From: Octopus sinensis
Lineage: Eukaryota
Direction: 5' to 3'
DNA: 64,000 bases
Assembly: GCF_006345805.1 (NCBI RefSeq)
Contig: NC_043000.1
Location: forward strand, 35,092,001 to 35,156,000
In this document: positions 12,415 through 23,954 of the stretch, one piece after another
Position numbering within the stretch: the first letter of the stretch is position 1
How the letters are laid out: each line of letters opens with the position of its first letter
Program-made: the position numbers and the translations under genes
The notes under the pieces: model-generated
The model's database searches: none
What the model was told of the DNA's origin: nothing
The model's input: the letters and a program-made list of their open reading frames with translations, nothing else

Positions 12415-12600
12415 AAGGCTAACCCTTCTTGAAGGAAGGGGTTGAGTTGATTACATTGACCTCATTGTACAACTAGTACTTATTTTATCAACCCCAAAAG
12501 GATGAAAGGCAAAATCAACCTCAGTAAGATTTGAACTCAGAACAAGACAGATGAAAGGCCACTAAGCATTTTGTCTTATGTGCTAACAATTCCTTGTTTC
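12415..12600 (-). mobile_element. Family B SINE
   Basis: Reverse complement of 461-662 (ttattttatcaaccccaaaaggatgaaaggcaaaatcaacctcag...tttgaactcagaac). Confidence 0.75.
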
Positions 12601-13439
12601 CATCTAACAATGACTTATCTTTTTACCATGTCTTGTATTTTAATTTCTTATCACCTCAACAATCTTCAGTTAGGAATCCTCAGCTTTCATCTGCCACTTT
12701 CTGCAAACTTCAACACGGATAACATGTAAAGGTTTTCTGGAAAATTAAACTCAAATTTGAGAAAAAAAAAAAAAAGCTAGCAGAATGGGATGGCTTTTTA
12801 ATGTAAGTTTTATTATCTTGGTTTGACACCCCCACACAATTAAGAAGTATAAATTAGTTTAAGGGTTATTGATATATGTGAGAAGGCTGGTGGTGTGTTG
12901 TAGAAGTATGTAGAGATTGTTCTCTCTGTACACAAGTTGGTTACTGGCACGAGATTGCTATTTTAAACTGGGCTGCCTTTGTCATTATTGTACATTGAAG
13001 TCAGATGTCACGGCTACATGTACCAGGCAGGAAACATGTTCAGCTGAGGCAATTTTAGAAGCAGGTTTGACCTGTTCTGCTTGATACACCTTACTTTGGC
13101 GTTAATGAAAATAAGCAGTCCAATAGCAGTCACATATACACAAATAAATAGATTCACATATATACACATATATACACATATACATGCATGCACATGTACA
13201 CACTCACAAGCACCCCTCTCTCTCTATATCTGGTGGCTTCAATGCACCTTTATCTTTTACGAGTATCTTGAGAAATTTTGCAATTGTTAAATCTATGTAT
13301 GTAAATTATTTGTGAGATTAATTTTTATGTGTATGAACGTGTGTGTATGTATGTATGTATGTATGTATATATATATGTGTATATATATATATATTTAAAT
13401 ATATATCTTTCTCTCGATCTCTATATATATATTTTTTTA

Positions 13440-13640
13440 TTTGTTTCAGTCATTTGACTGTGGCCATGCTGGAGTACAATTTAGTCGAACAATTCAACCC
13501 CAGGACTTATTCTTTGTAAGCTTGGTACTTATTCTATCAGTCTCTTTTGCTGCACTGCTAAGTTATGAGGATTTAACTACACCGACATTAGTTGTCAAGT
13601 GACGGTGGCAGGGAAAAATAAAGACATACACACACACATA
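13440..13640 (-). mobile_element. Family A SINE, 3' half
   Basis: tttcagtcatttgactgtggccatgctggag...gttgtcaag, homologous to 2004-2215. Confidence 0.85.
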
Positions 13641-13647
13641 TATATAT

Positions 13648-15480
13648 ATGAGAGGTTTCTTTCGGTCCGTCAGGCCCCTCTTGTTGCTTCTATATGTGTT
13701 GACTCTCAAGCCACTACTGCAGAAGCTGGTGACTCTGAAGGGCATCCCGATAGAATTGGGATGCGGGACGAGCATATCTGCATACGCAGACGACATCACT
13801 GTCATAGTGTCTCGCCAGAAGCACATCGATCTGGTCAGCAAAACACTGAAAGACCACGAAGCGGTAACAGAAGCGAAAATCAACCGGGAGAAATTGGTGG
13901 GCTTGCGGCTCGGCACCTGGAAAAGCAAGCCCATTCTGTCCACCAGCACCTCAGTCGTGGGACGCTGGACCGAAGGTCTGGTTGAGTTGCTCAGGGTCTG
14001 GTTTTGTCTGGACCTCCAAATGGAGAAGAACTAGGACAAGATAATGAGGAGAGTGGTCACTCTCGCCAGGCAATGGGCCGAGAGGAAGCTGTCCCTAAAA
14101 GATCGGGTGGAGGTGGTGAACACGTACATCGCGTCCGTCATCTACTACCCCCTAGCCGTTGTGCCTTGTCCCGACACTACCATCACCAAACTAGAATGCA
14201 TTCTCTGCCTCTTCTTGTGGAAAGGATGCATTCCGATGGTCAGGTAATCCATTTGCTGTTAACACCCATTAAAAGGAGGGCTGGGCATGCCGTGGTTGAT
14301 GATTTGCAGATATGCGCTGAGACTACGACATCTCCGGCTCTACATAGACGACGGTAAACAGGTCTGGTCGCCGTTTGTAAGGCACACTTTCCCGCAGCTT
14401 GTCTCCATGACTGAACTGCAGTCGTGGATCAAAAACAGAGGCCGAGGAAGGGCGAATGGCACCGTGAGTGTCACGTTGCTCTCAAGCAACTATGCCATCC
14501 CAGGTTGGCCTTGAGCGACTTCAACACAACCAAAGCACTCGATAGGGGATTAGTGGAGGGAAGGTATGATGATCTCAGAGCGAACCTGGGCGTCGACAAG
14601 GAATACCTGACCCACCTGTTCAAGACAACTTTCAGGCCGGGACCTATGGACAACTTCCAGAGATTCCTGGCCTGGCAGTGCTATCGAGAAGCGCTACCCA
14701 TTCAGGATAAGCTCTACAGACACGGCTCGAGAAACATGGGGCCAACCTGCCTGAGATGTGGTCAGAGCGACAAAACTGTTCTGCATGTACTCTTGCAGTG
14801 TCCAATCATTTTCAACCTGTGGGCTTATGTCGAATGACTGCTGTCATGTGTGGGACGAGTCGGTTTATCAGCTGAGTCTAACGTCAATATCGTCACGCCT
14901 CCTTCATTCGAACGGGAAGGAAGTGCTATTTTCATCATACTTGTGGCTATGGCAAAAGAACGTATCTGGTGGACGCGCCTGAAAGGATTAGAGACAAACA
15001 CTTTCCTCTCTGGTCAATCTCTCAACAACTTCTTCAAGTATCACTTGAAAAGGAAAGTGAGAGAGGCAAGTTTTGTCTAGCGAATGTTTTAAAAAAAGAT
15101 GTGCGAATGTAGCAAGGATGGCATGTATGAATGATGAAGCCACCTTCTGCATAATCCTATGAACCTGGAAAAATTTAAAACAGAGAGTTATTTGCTTGCA
15201 AATAAGTGTGTTAACATGTGACATTATTGACCGAGGTTACTGTGGTCTTTTCCGTAGGCTTTTCTTTCCACGGATAAATCTTATCTGTTTCCCCTTTACA
15301 CTTAACATCATAATGTTTCTGTGATACACGATCCCTATTGATTGTTTTTTTTTTTTACAATCCCTTTTGATCGAAAACCTAACCCCCCTTTTTTTTTCTT
15401 TTTTTTCTCCCCAGAAAGAAAACCTCTATTTTGTAATTTGTCCCCTCTGTGTTCAGCCCTGTGTGGCTAATAAAGAAACA
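13648..15480 (+). mobile_element. 5'-truncated Tx1/L1-clade LINE: RT (SAYADD), thumb and C-terminal zinc knuckle, with stops and frameshifts
   Basis: ORFs 13648-14034, 14044-14247, 14287-14514, 14424-14837 and 14850-15080 join into ORF2: (SVR..PL..LLY) SAYADDITV, RKLSLKDRVEVVNTYI, GGLGMP, CLRCGQSDKTVLHVLLQC. T-rich 3' UTR and aataaa near 15468. Confidence 0.92.
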
Positions 15481-15574
15481 TATCTATCTGTCTATTTATC
15501 TATCTATCTCACATGCTCTCTCTTTCTCACACAGACACACTCTCTCTCACACACACACACACAGACACTCTCTC

Positions 15575-15631
<57 letters not shown>

Positions 15632-15917
15632 TCTGCCTTGAAGGGTTTTTATTATTTGTATTGATTAGATTGACACCAGTCCTTATGTCAGATGTAAAAA
15701 TAGATAAAGAGAGAAATGCATGTTTGCACGTGCGCACACACACACACCCACTTGTATTTATAATGAGCTTCCATGCAGTTTCCATGTATCAGTTTTGCTC
15801 ACAATGCATTGGTTGGGCCAAGGCTGAAGTAGATGACACTTATCCAAAGTGCTGCATGTAGGACCAGAAACTCTGTGGTTGCAAATTAAATTTCTGACCA
15901 CAGAGCTATGTGTATAT

Positions 15918-16790
15918 CATCATCAAATGTTCGCTTTCCATGCTGGTATGGGTTGGATGGTTTAACAGGAGCTGGCTGGCCAGAAGACTGCACCAGGCTC
16001 CGCTGGATGCCCTTCCCAACACCAACCTCATTACAGAGTGTACTGGGTGCTTTTTACATGACACCAGCATTAGTGAAGTCTCCAAGTAACTTGCAAGATA
16101 AAGATTCCTTACTGGGAGGGGGAGTAGTACTGATGTAGGTGGCTTTCTACCAGTGAAGATGTTGAAGTATAACTGTGGATAAGCTCCAGGCATTCATACC
16201 TGCTAGCATTACACATCCATCAGGGCAGTCCTTGCTTGTTTGCAAGTCTGCATTCAAGATCCATATCTCACTATCATGCAACATGTCCAGTTTATCACAT
16301 TCCGAGGGGAAAAGACCCTTCATTTCCAGCAAAGGTAGTTGCTCCTTGATTTTCTCCAACCCTCTCTTACACTGCTTAGTATACTTTATGAACAACCGCC
16401 TTTCTTTGTAATTAAGTCTTCCTAAGTAACAGAAGTTGTTGATAACTCCCAGTGAGCCAGTCAGGCATTTATGTGAGTCTGTTTCTCACTTGCTCTTAGT
16501 TGTACTCTTATTGCTCCTTTGCCTCTGCCACATATGAAATATATCTTCTCTGTTCGTCTGACTGTAATCCCACAAAATCTCTTGGGTGTCCATAGTTTAA
16601 ACCAGGTACAGCATATAGAGTGCCTGCCTCCTTCTTTTCTGCATATCAAATATGGCCTAACACTATTGACACTTCTAGAGTCCTGTCTTCTTTCCTACTA
16701 ACACCCTTGTCTTTCTGAATTTTATCTTAAGACTTCTCAGTTCCAAATTTTGCTCCTCTGTCTGGAATCTCCTCTGTAGTACTACTATAA
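15918..16790 (-). mobile_element. RTE-clade LINE 3' fragment, RT C-terminus joined to the family C tail
   Basis: Minus-strand fragments: LELRSLKIKFRKTRVLV, ICRKEGGRHSICCTWFKLWTPKRFCGI..FICGR, MLHDSEIWILNAD; then aggaagggcatcc...ccaacccataccagcatggaaagcgaacatttgatgatg. Confidence 0.8.
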
Positions 16791-16834
16791 ATTCGCCTGT
16801 TAGAACATAATTACTCTCTAGTCTCCATTATAAG

Positions 16835-17045
16835 AAGGGCCACTGGACCGGGCGATGCATTGTGTTCTTGACTAAAACACTTCATTTCACATTGCTCCAG
16901 TCCACTCAGCTGGCAAATATAAAAGACCCTGCGATGGACTGGGGTCCTATCCAGTTGGGGAATATATACGCCATGAAAGCTGAGAAACCGGCCCTTATGA
17001 GCCTGGCATGGTTCAAGAAGGAAACATTTTATTATTATCTGCATG
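16835..17045 (+). mobile_element. SINE with CORE-like and V-domain-like segments
   Basis: tgtgttcttgactaaaacacttc (CORE-like) and accctgcgatggactggggtcctatccag (resembles the V-SINE central domain, recalled from memory). Confidence 0.6.
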
Positions 17046-17109
17046 TAGCAGTTGCCATGGACAACCAGTCTTAAATTCTTATGTGATAACGTGTAATATG
17101 ATAAGCTTC

Positions 17110-17570
17110 TAGGAAAAACTCAAGAGATTGAGACTCTATTCCTTAGAGCATAGGTGAGAAAGACATGCCATAATATACACCTGGAAGATCCTGGAAGGGC
17201 TTGTCCCAAACTTTGGCATCAAGAGTTACACTATTGCATAATGCTTTCAAGATATAGGACAAGATACTGCAACAGCCTAGGCTTGAAAGGCCCACAGCTC
17301 TTCAATATCCCTCCGAAGGACCTGAGAGACCTACATAGGGTGGATGTGGGTGTATTCAAGAGGAAACTGAACCTCTTACTGTCAAGTGTCCCAGATGAAC
17401 CAACTTCACAGCAGGAAGTGTGGATGAGGGCAGCAGCATCAGACTCCCTCATGCACCAAATGTCAATTTTTAAAAAGAATTAGTAAAGTAAAATTATGTA
17501 GCAACACCAAATGGTGGTGCCCCAGCATAGCCACAGCTCATGAGCTGAAACTAAATCAAATCAAATAAAA
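17110..17570 (+). mobile_element. CR1-group LINE 3' end
   Basis: EKLKRLRLYSLEHR*ERHAIIYTWKILEGLVPNFGI, then NSLGLKGPQLFNIPPKDLRDL..VFKRKLNLLLSSVPDEP..RAAASDSLMHQ, then a 3' stem-loop and (aaatc)-like tail. Confidence 0.85.
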
Positions 17571-17591
17571 ATATGTGTATATGTATATATA

Positions 17592-18714
17592 CAGGGGTTG
17601 AACAAAATAATGGAAACATCTTAAAATTTCAAACAAATTTATCTTAACATGGGGGAAGGACCGCCTTTGGCAGTAATTACAGCTTGAATTCTATGAAGTA
17701 TGTATGCACTTACACGAAGTTTGAATTGTTTCCAAAGGAATTTTTGTCCATTCTTCAGCTAAAACAATCTCCAGTTCTTGTTGTGATGATGGTGGAGGAT
17801 ATTGACTCCTTACATGTTTTTCTAAAATGCACCATAAATGTTCGATAACATTGAGATCTGGGGACTGTGGTGGCCAGATAAGATTTTCAACTTCACTAGA
17901 ATGTTCCTTGTGCCATTCAGTAACAAATTTAGCTTTGTGAATTGGTGCATTATCATCCTGAAAGATTGCGTTTCCCTCCAGAAACAGTTCTGCAATCACA
18001 GGATGAATTTGATGAGATAGAATATTTAAATAGTCTTGATTATTAATCTTGCCATGAAGGGAAACCATTAGGCCGGCAGATTTCCAAGCCCCCACCCGAT
18101 CATCACAGATCATCAGCTTGGGTCAGATGCTTCTTTTGGCTGTCTCCACATATATACTCAGCCAGTGGTCGGAAATAAGTTAAATAACTCATCTGAGAAA
18201 ATAACATTCTTCCACTGCTCTAGGGACTAATTCTGTAGGTTTTCACTCCACTCTAAATGCTTTGCACCGTTTGTTTTTGAAAGTAGTGGTTTTCTGATTG
18301 CAGCCCTCCCAAGAAATCCAGCTTTGTACAGTCCCTATCTGAAAATTTTGGTTTTCTTCCGGAGTTTTCTTTCGAGGAGGTTTTTCATTCTTTCTCAAAG
18401 GCTTTCATTACTTTCGAGACAGTACTTTTTGATACACCAAACATTTCGGCTGATTTCATTATGCTAGCACCTGCCATATGAGCACCAACAATTTGACCTC
18501 TTTGAAAGTCTGATAAATCTGTCATTTTAATGAATTTTAATTACCTTCTTCTGATATCTGAAAAGAAACAGCAATTTTTGCAAAACATATTAAACAACAC
18601 TAACAATAAATCAAAAAGCATAAAAATAAACAAGCTTTTCACGGTTTTATAGATATTTCAAAATTATGTTGCTATGATGCTGCTAGGTGTTTCCATTATT
18701 TTGTCCAACCCCTG
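17592..18714 (-). mobile_element. Tc1/mariner DNA transposon, both ends intact, internally deleted, DD36E catalytic spacing
   Basis: 30-bp TIRs caggggttg(a/g)acaaaataatggaaaca(t/c)ct at 17592-17621 and 18685-18714 (28/30 identical), TA on both flanks. Confidence 0.93.
17644..18525 (-). pseudogene. Defective Tc1-family transposase
   Basis: MTDLSDFQRGQIVGAHMAGAS..GRKPKFSDRD / LYKAGFLGRAAIRKPLL..WKNVIFSDE..VYVWRQPKE / FQDDNAPIH..WPPQSPDLNVIEHLW / RIQAVITAKGGP. Several stops and two internal deletions. Confidence 0.9.
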
Positions 18715-18837
18715 TATATGTGTATATGTATATATATATATGTATCATCATCATCATCGTTTAATGTCCATTATCTATGGTGGCATGGGTTGGACAGTTT
18801 GACTGAAGTCTGGAAAGCCAGTGGCTGCACCAAACTC

Positions 18838-18875
<38 letters not shown>

Positions 18876-19039
18876 TATATATAAATAAATGAAAGAATGG
18901 AGTCGAATGAAGATGTTAACAAAATTTCTACCCTTGACAGGTCGCTTCAACCGTGTTTTCTGACGTGAATTTGCTACCCAGGTTTCGGTTAAACAAATTT
19001 CCATGCTGACGATAAACATAGGATAATTCATATAATATA

Positions 19040-19075
<36 letters not shown>

Positions 19076-19409
19076 AGTGTTTGTGGTCTGTGTGTCTGTG
19101 TGTGTGTATGTATATGTGTGTTATGTGTGTATATGCATGTATGTATATGTGTGTATGTGTATATATATGTGTATATATATGTATATGTGTGTGTGTATAT
19201 ATATGTATATATGTGTATATATGTACATATATATGTGTATATATATATATGTGTGTATATGTGTATATATATATGTATATATGTATATGTGCATATATAT
19301 GTGTCTTTATGTGTGTATATACATATATTTTTTGATATATTATTATTATTAATATAAAGAAATTACTATCCAAACTCATCATAAAGATATACCCATATGT
19401 GTGTGTGTG

Positions 19410-19789
19410 TGAAAAAATTTGTTTGCTTGTTATCAGTCGTAAGACACTTGTTGTTGTTTTCACTGTTAATGCTTCTGTATTTCATGTTTCTGTATTCCAT
19501 TATTTTTTTGTTTTTTTATATTCGTCCCTTTTGCTGTCCTGGTGTCCGTATGCATTCGATCCTTCTTCCAGGAAATCTACGCTCCCAGCTTAGTTTTTCT
19601 AATGCTCGTTGCTTAGTTTTTCTTGGAGGGCTGGCCGTGATCTAGTAATCTCAAGATTAATCAGCCGAAATTACTACGATGATCCGGTTCTTGACTGAAG
19701 ACTGAGGGTTTCGAATGTCCTGTCCGTGTTTATTGTATCGTCTTCTAAGAGTTATACGTTCTTGCCCATGTTGTATTTTTCTACATACC

Positions 19790-19790
<1 letters not shown>
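19410..19790. repeat. Unclassified CpG-retaining segment between (TA)n arrays, probably an interspersed element
   Basis: Sharp boundaries against microsatellites and more CpG than the flanks. 18885-19030 is similar in character. No second copy in the window. Confidence 0.35.
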
Positions 19791-19834
<44 letters not shown>

Positions 19835-19921
19835 ATATTTATGTATATGTGTGTATATTTATGTATATGTATATATGTATATATGTGTGTATATATCTAT
19901 ATGTATACATGATTTTGTGTA

Positions 19922-19961
<40 letters not shown>

Positions 19962-19964
19962 TCT

Positions 19965-20112
19965 CTTTTACTCTTTTTACTCTTTTACTTGTTTCAGTCA
20001 TTTGACTACGGCCATGCTGGAGCACCGCCTTTAGTCGAGAAATCGACCCGGGACTTATTCTTTGTAAGCCCAGTACTTTCTATCGGTCTCTTTTGCCGAA
20101 CGCTTAGTGACG
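19965..20112 (-). mobile_element. Family A SINE tail, truncated
   Basis: ttttactcttttacttgtttcagtcatttgactacggccatgctggagcaccgcc... Confidence 0.85.
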
Positions 20113-20611
20113 TATATATGTATATATATAATAAATAAATGTATGCATGTATATATATATATAAATAAATGTATGCATGTATATAAATATACATAAATGT
20201 ATTAAATTATATATATGTATATAAATGTGTGTGTGTGCACATATCCGCCACATGTATAATGGTTTATGTGACTGTGTTGCACTTATTGAGATTCTGTAAT
20301 ATTTCAGCCTCTACATTGCAGCAGTTTCTTCGTTTATCATCAACACAGATATAATTAGGAATGCTAATTATCGTCACTTTGTCCCCTCCCACTGGCAATG
20401 GCTTATCAATGCATCCATTGGAATTTGAATCAACTTTATTGCTTTCTGATTGGCTCCTGTTTGAATTCTCTTAATCAGAGTTTATTAAATTTAAACTGGT
20501 AAATATTTACATGTATGCATGCTTCTATACACATGATGCTATACAGAAATGCATATGCAGATAAATGCATACATTCAGACTTTGACAAATGCACACATGT
20601 ATGTACTCATG

Positions 20612-20644
<33 letters not shown>

Positions 20645-20975
20645 TTCTTGAAAATCATAATTATGTTTTACTTTTAACTTTTTTTAAAGTTTTCCTTTTC
20701 CATACACTAATCCATCTTCATCATTTCCAAGCTTTTTCAGTCCCATCTTCAGCTTCTGAAATAGATTTAATTTCTGGATTATTTCTTTTATAATGATCAT
20801 ATTCATGTAGGCTTTACCACAAAATCTCTTTGGACTCTTAGGTTTTCTAAGTCACTAATTACTTGTTAATTTGTTTTATTGTAGTCAAACTTTTGTAGGC
20901 TTTATTTATAAGCTTGAACCATTGGGTTTCCAATCTTTGTTGACTCCTTGATGTGTCCCTTTGTGTTTATTTTAG

Positions 20976-21049
20976 CATTGAGTTCTGGTAGAAGTATGGG
21001 TCCCATGAAGAAAAGAAGACTTATTCAGGAATATGAAAAATGTATTTAA
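20976..21049 (+). CDS. Candidate terminal exon of an unidentified host gene
   Basis: tgtgtttattttag acceptor, then xLSSGRSMGPMKKRRLIQEYEKCI*, containing a basic NLS-like KKRR. No homology recognised. Confidence 0.25.
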
Positions 21050-21358
21050 AAAAAAAAGCGGGATGCAAAATCATTTTTTAACAAAACATATACAAAAGGA
21101 AAACTGTTCATCATTTGTATGGTTATATATATGTGTATATACCGTGATGGTGTCAAGCCTATCTGGTGACGTTGATGATCGCCTGGGGCTAAATGCATCA
21201 GTAACACCCCCACCGCCCTGCCCTGTCCCTAGCCACATTTAAATGGCTAATGTCCCTTTTGTTATATATATATGATTTGTGAAAAACATAAAGCCAAAAG
21301 AAGAAGCACATTAAGATTTAGAGCAGCATATATTAGAAACGGGGAAGGCTGGTTTAGG

Positions 21359-21496
21359 GGATTACCTTAGGATTCCTGTCCATAGAAGGTTTAGCTTTAT
21401 GGCATATCGTCAGATCCCATGGGCCAACAGGTTATTGGGATCTGACAATACATCATAAAGCTAAACCCTTTATGGACAGAAATCCTAAGGTAATCC
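21359..21496. repeat. Long inverted repeat (61-bp arms, 16-nt loop)
   Basis: Arms 21359-21419 and 21436-21496 match at 54/61 positions. Confidence 0.9.
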
Positions 21497-22138
21497 TAAA
21501 AACCGACATCTCCATTTTTTTTTATATATACATAGGTTAAATACTTCATTAAGGGATGATAATATCCAATGAATATACTCGTTTATTACCTATTACAATA
21601 AGTATTAAATATTATATTTAATATTCAACTATAAAGTAATTAAATAAACCGGGGTTTATAAATATATATATATATATATATAAGACTATGGATGACTAAA
21701 TTACAACAGGCATATAAGCCCATTGTCAGTATTATAGTGCATTGTTGTACCATTCAAAACTTTTTATTCTTATATATATATATATATATAAATATTTATA
21801 TGCAGGAATGTAATATGTATGTATACACATTAAAGTGAGTGTGCATGTATATATTTGTGTGTATAATCTTTAAATAAAAGGGATGGAAGAGGTTATTGAG
21901 TACTACAATTGTTTCTAAAAGCACATCCAATGTATGCTACAGAATGTTGTAACTACTGTTGTTAAAGCATTGATAATTAAATTTTATTGATCTAATATTA
22001 AGTCATCTACGTTCATTATGCGGGCCACGTTTTTATGCTAGAAACTAACAAACTGTGTTTTACCACAATTACTCAACTGATCCTTCTGCATTATCATCAT
22101 ATATATATAGATATATCATTTGTATAATGTACAGTTAT

Positions 22139-22183
<45 letters not shown>

Positions 22184-22444
22184 GACATATGTATTTATAT
22201 GACGTATATTTATATGTGTATATGATGTACCTTTATCTGTTATGTATACATATAGATAAAAGGTATATAAATGTTTATGTGAAATATATATATCTAATAT
22301 AAGTATGTATGATAAGATAATTCAACCTAGATTCATCTTCAAAACTGACGGAGATATTTCACTTTGCATATGTTCCTCAACCGAGAGTGACAAATGGATA
22401 AAAAGATGGGTTTTACAAAACTCTTTCACTCATTGCCTTGATGG

Positions 22445-22665
22445 CAAATGACAGAAGGCCTTATCTTAGTGGTTGGTAAGTTCAACACACAATTGAGACA
22501 GCTACCCGATGGAATCCATGGTGTGTATGGATTTAGTCCTAGAAATGAGGAAGGAAGATGGTGCTCAGAGTTCTGTGATGCAAATGACCTGATGAGCTGC
22601 AACACTAAGTTGAGGCAACCAGTCACCAGATCACCTGTCTACTGGGCACACAGAACCATTGACAA
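22445..22665 (+). mobile_element. RTE-clade LINE AP-endonuclease fragment
   Basis: LILVVGKFNTQLRQLPDGIHGVYGFSPRNEEGRWCSEFCDANDLMSCNT, matching the GDFN / G.RNEEG..L.EFC..N.L...NT motifs. Confidence 0.8.
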
Positions 22666-22888
22666 TTCCCAACAGAAAACTGGTGACTTCAGAGTTTAGA
22701 ACTAGAGAGACCTGGTGACATAAATCTATTTGTAAAGGAGAAAATATGAGAGATTAAAGATTTATTGAACAGTCAGAAATTTAGAAAAGGAGTTTAGGAA
22801 GAGGAGGGGGGAAGAGATGTATAAAAATGAGTACAAATGGAAGATCTGACACAACAATGTCCTGAGGGTGACAGACCAAATCTGGGTG

Positions 22889-22922
<34 letters not shown>

Positions 22923-23394
22923 CATAAACACATACATATTTATGTTTATGTGTGTGTCTGTGTGAAAGTGTAAATATATATAAGTATATTTTTCTTATTT
23001 TCTTACTGTCCGGCATCCTTGTTTTTAAACTACACATAATGCATAAGCAGAACCTGAACGATTGCTTGAAGATACAGGGCTTATTTTATAAACATTTCTG
23101 CTCAAGTATCATAAAAGCATGAAACTACTAGAAGATTTCTCGGTTGTGTTTTTAAATTGATATGTATCTGTGTGTGTGTGTGTACTTTATATGAATGTAA
23201 TGCAAAATACATATGTATATATAAGTATGTAATATATATGTATATATATGTAATATGTGTATATATGTATGTAATATATATGTACATATACATATGTATG
23301 TATGATATATATATATATATAGATATATGTATGTAATATGTATGTATGTATATAATATATATGTATGCATGTATGTAATGTATATGTATATATG

Positions 23395-23431
<37 letters not shown>

Positions 23432-23905
23432 GCATGAAATACATATGTATGTAATATATGTAATATTTGTATATATATATATATATATATATATGTCTGT
23501 CATATGTATGCAATATATATTTATATATATGTAATATATTTGTAATATATATATATATATATATATATGTCATATGTAATGCAATATATATTTAATATAT
23601 AAATAATATTTGTATACATATATATAATTATATATATATATATATATGTATGTCATATGTATATATATGTATATGTGTGTAATATGTATATAATATCCAT
23701 CCATATATATGTGTATAATATATATATTTATGTGTGTGTGTGTCTGTGTGTGTTTAATGGATATATGTATTAGCTTTTGTACTACTTTCAGATCAAAAAT
23801 GCATATATTACTTATAGAGACATATTGAAACTTAAAAACTTATACTTGCACATATACATATTCATGTGTACCCATGCATATATATTGATATATGTAATTT
23901 ATGTG

Positions 23906-23954
<49 letters not shown>

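Noticed and set aside
13599-14357. Overlapping alternative-frame and antisense ORFs in the Tx1 element
   Set aside because: By-products of the GC-richer ORF2 sequence; only the RT frame carries recognisable motifs.
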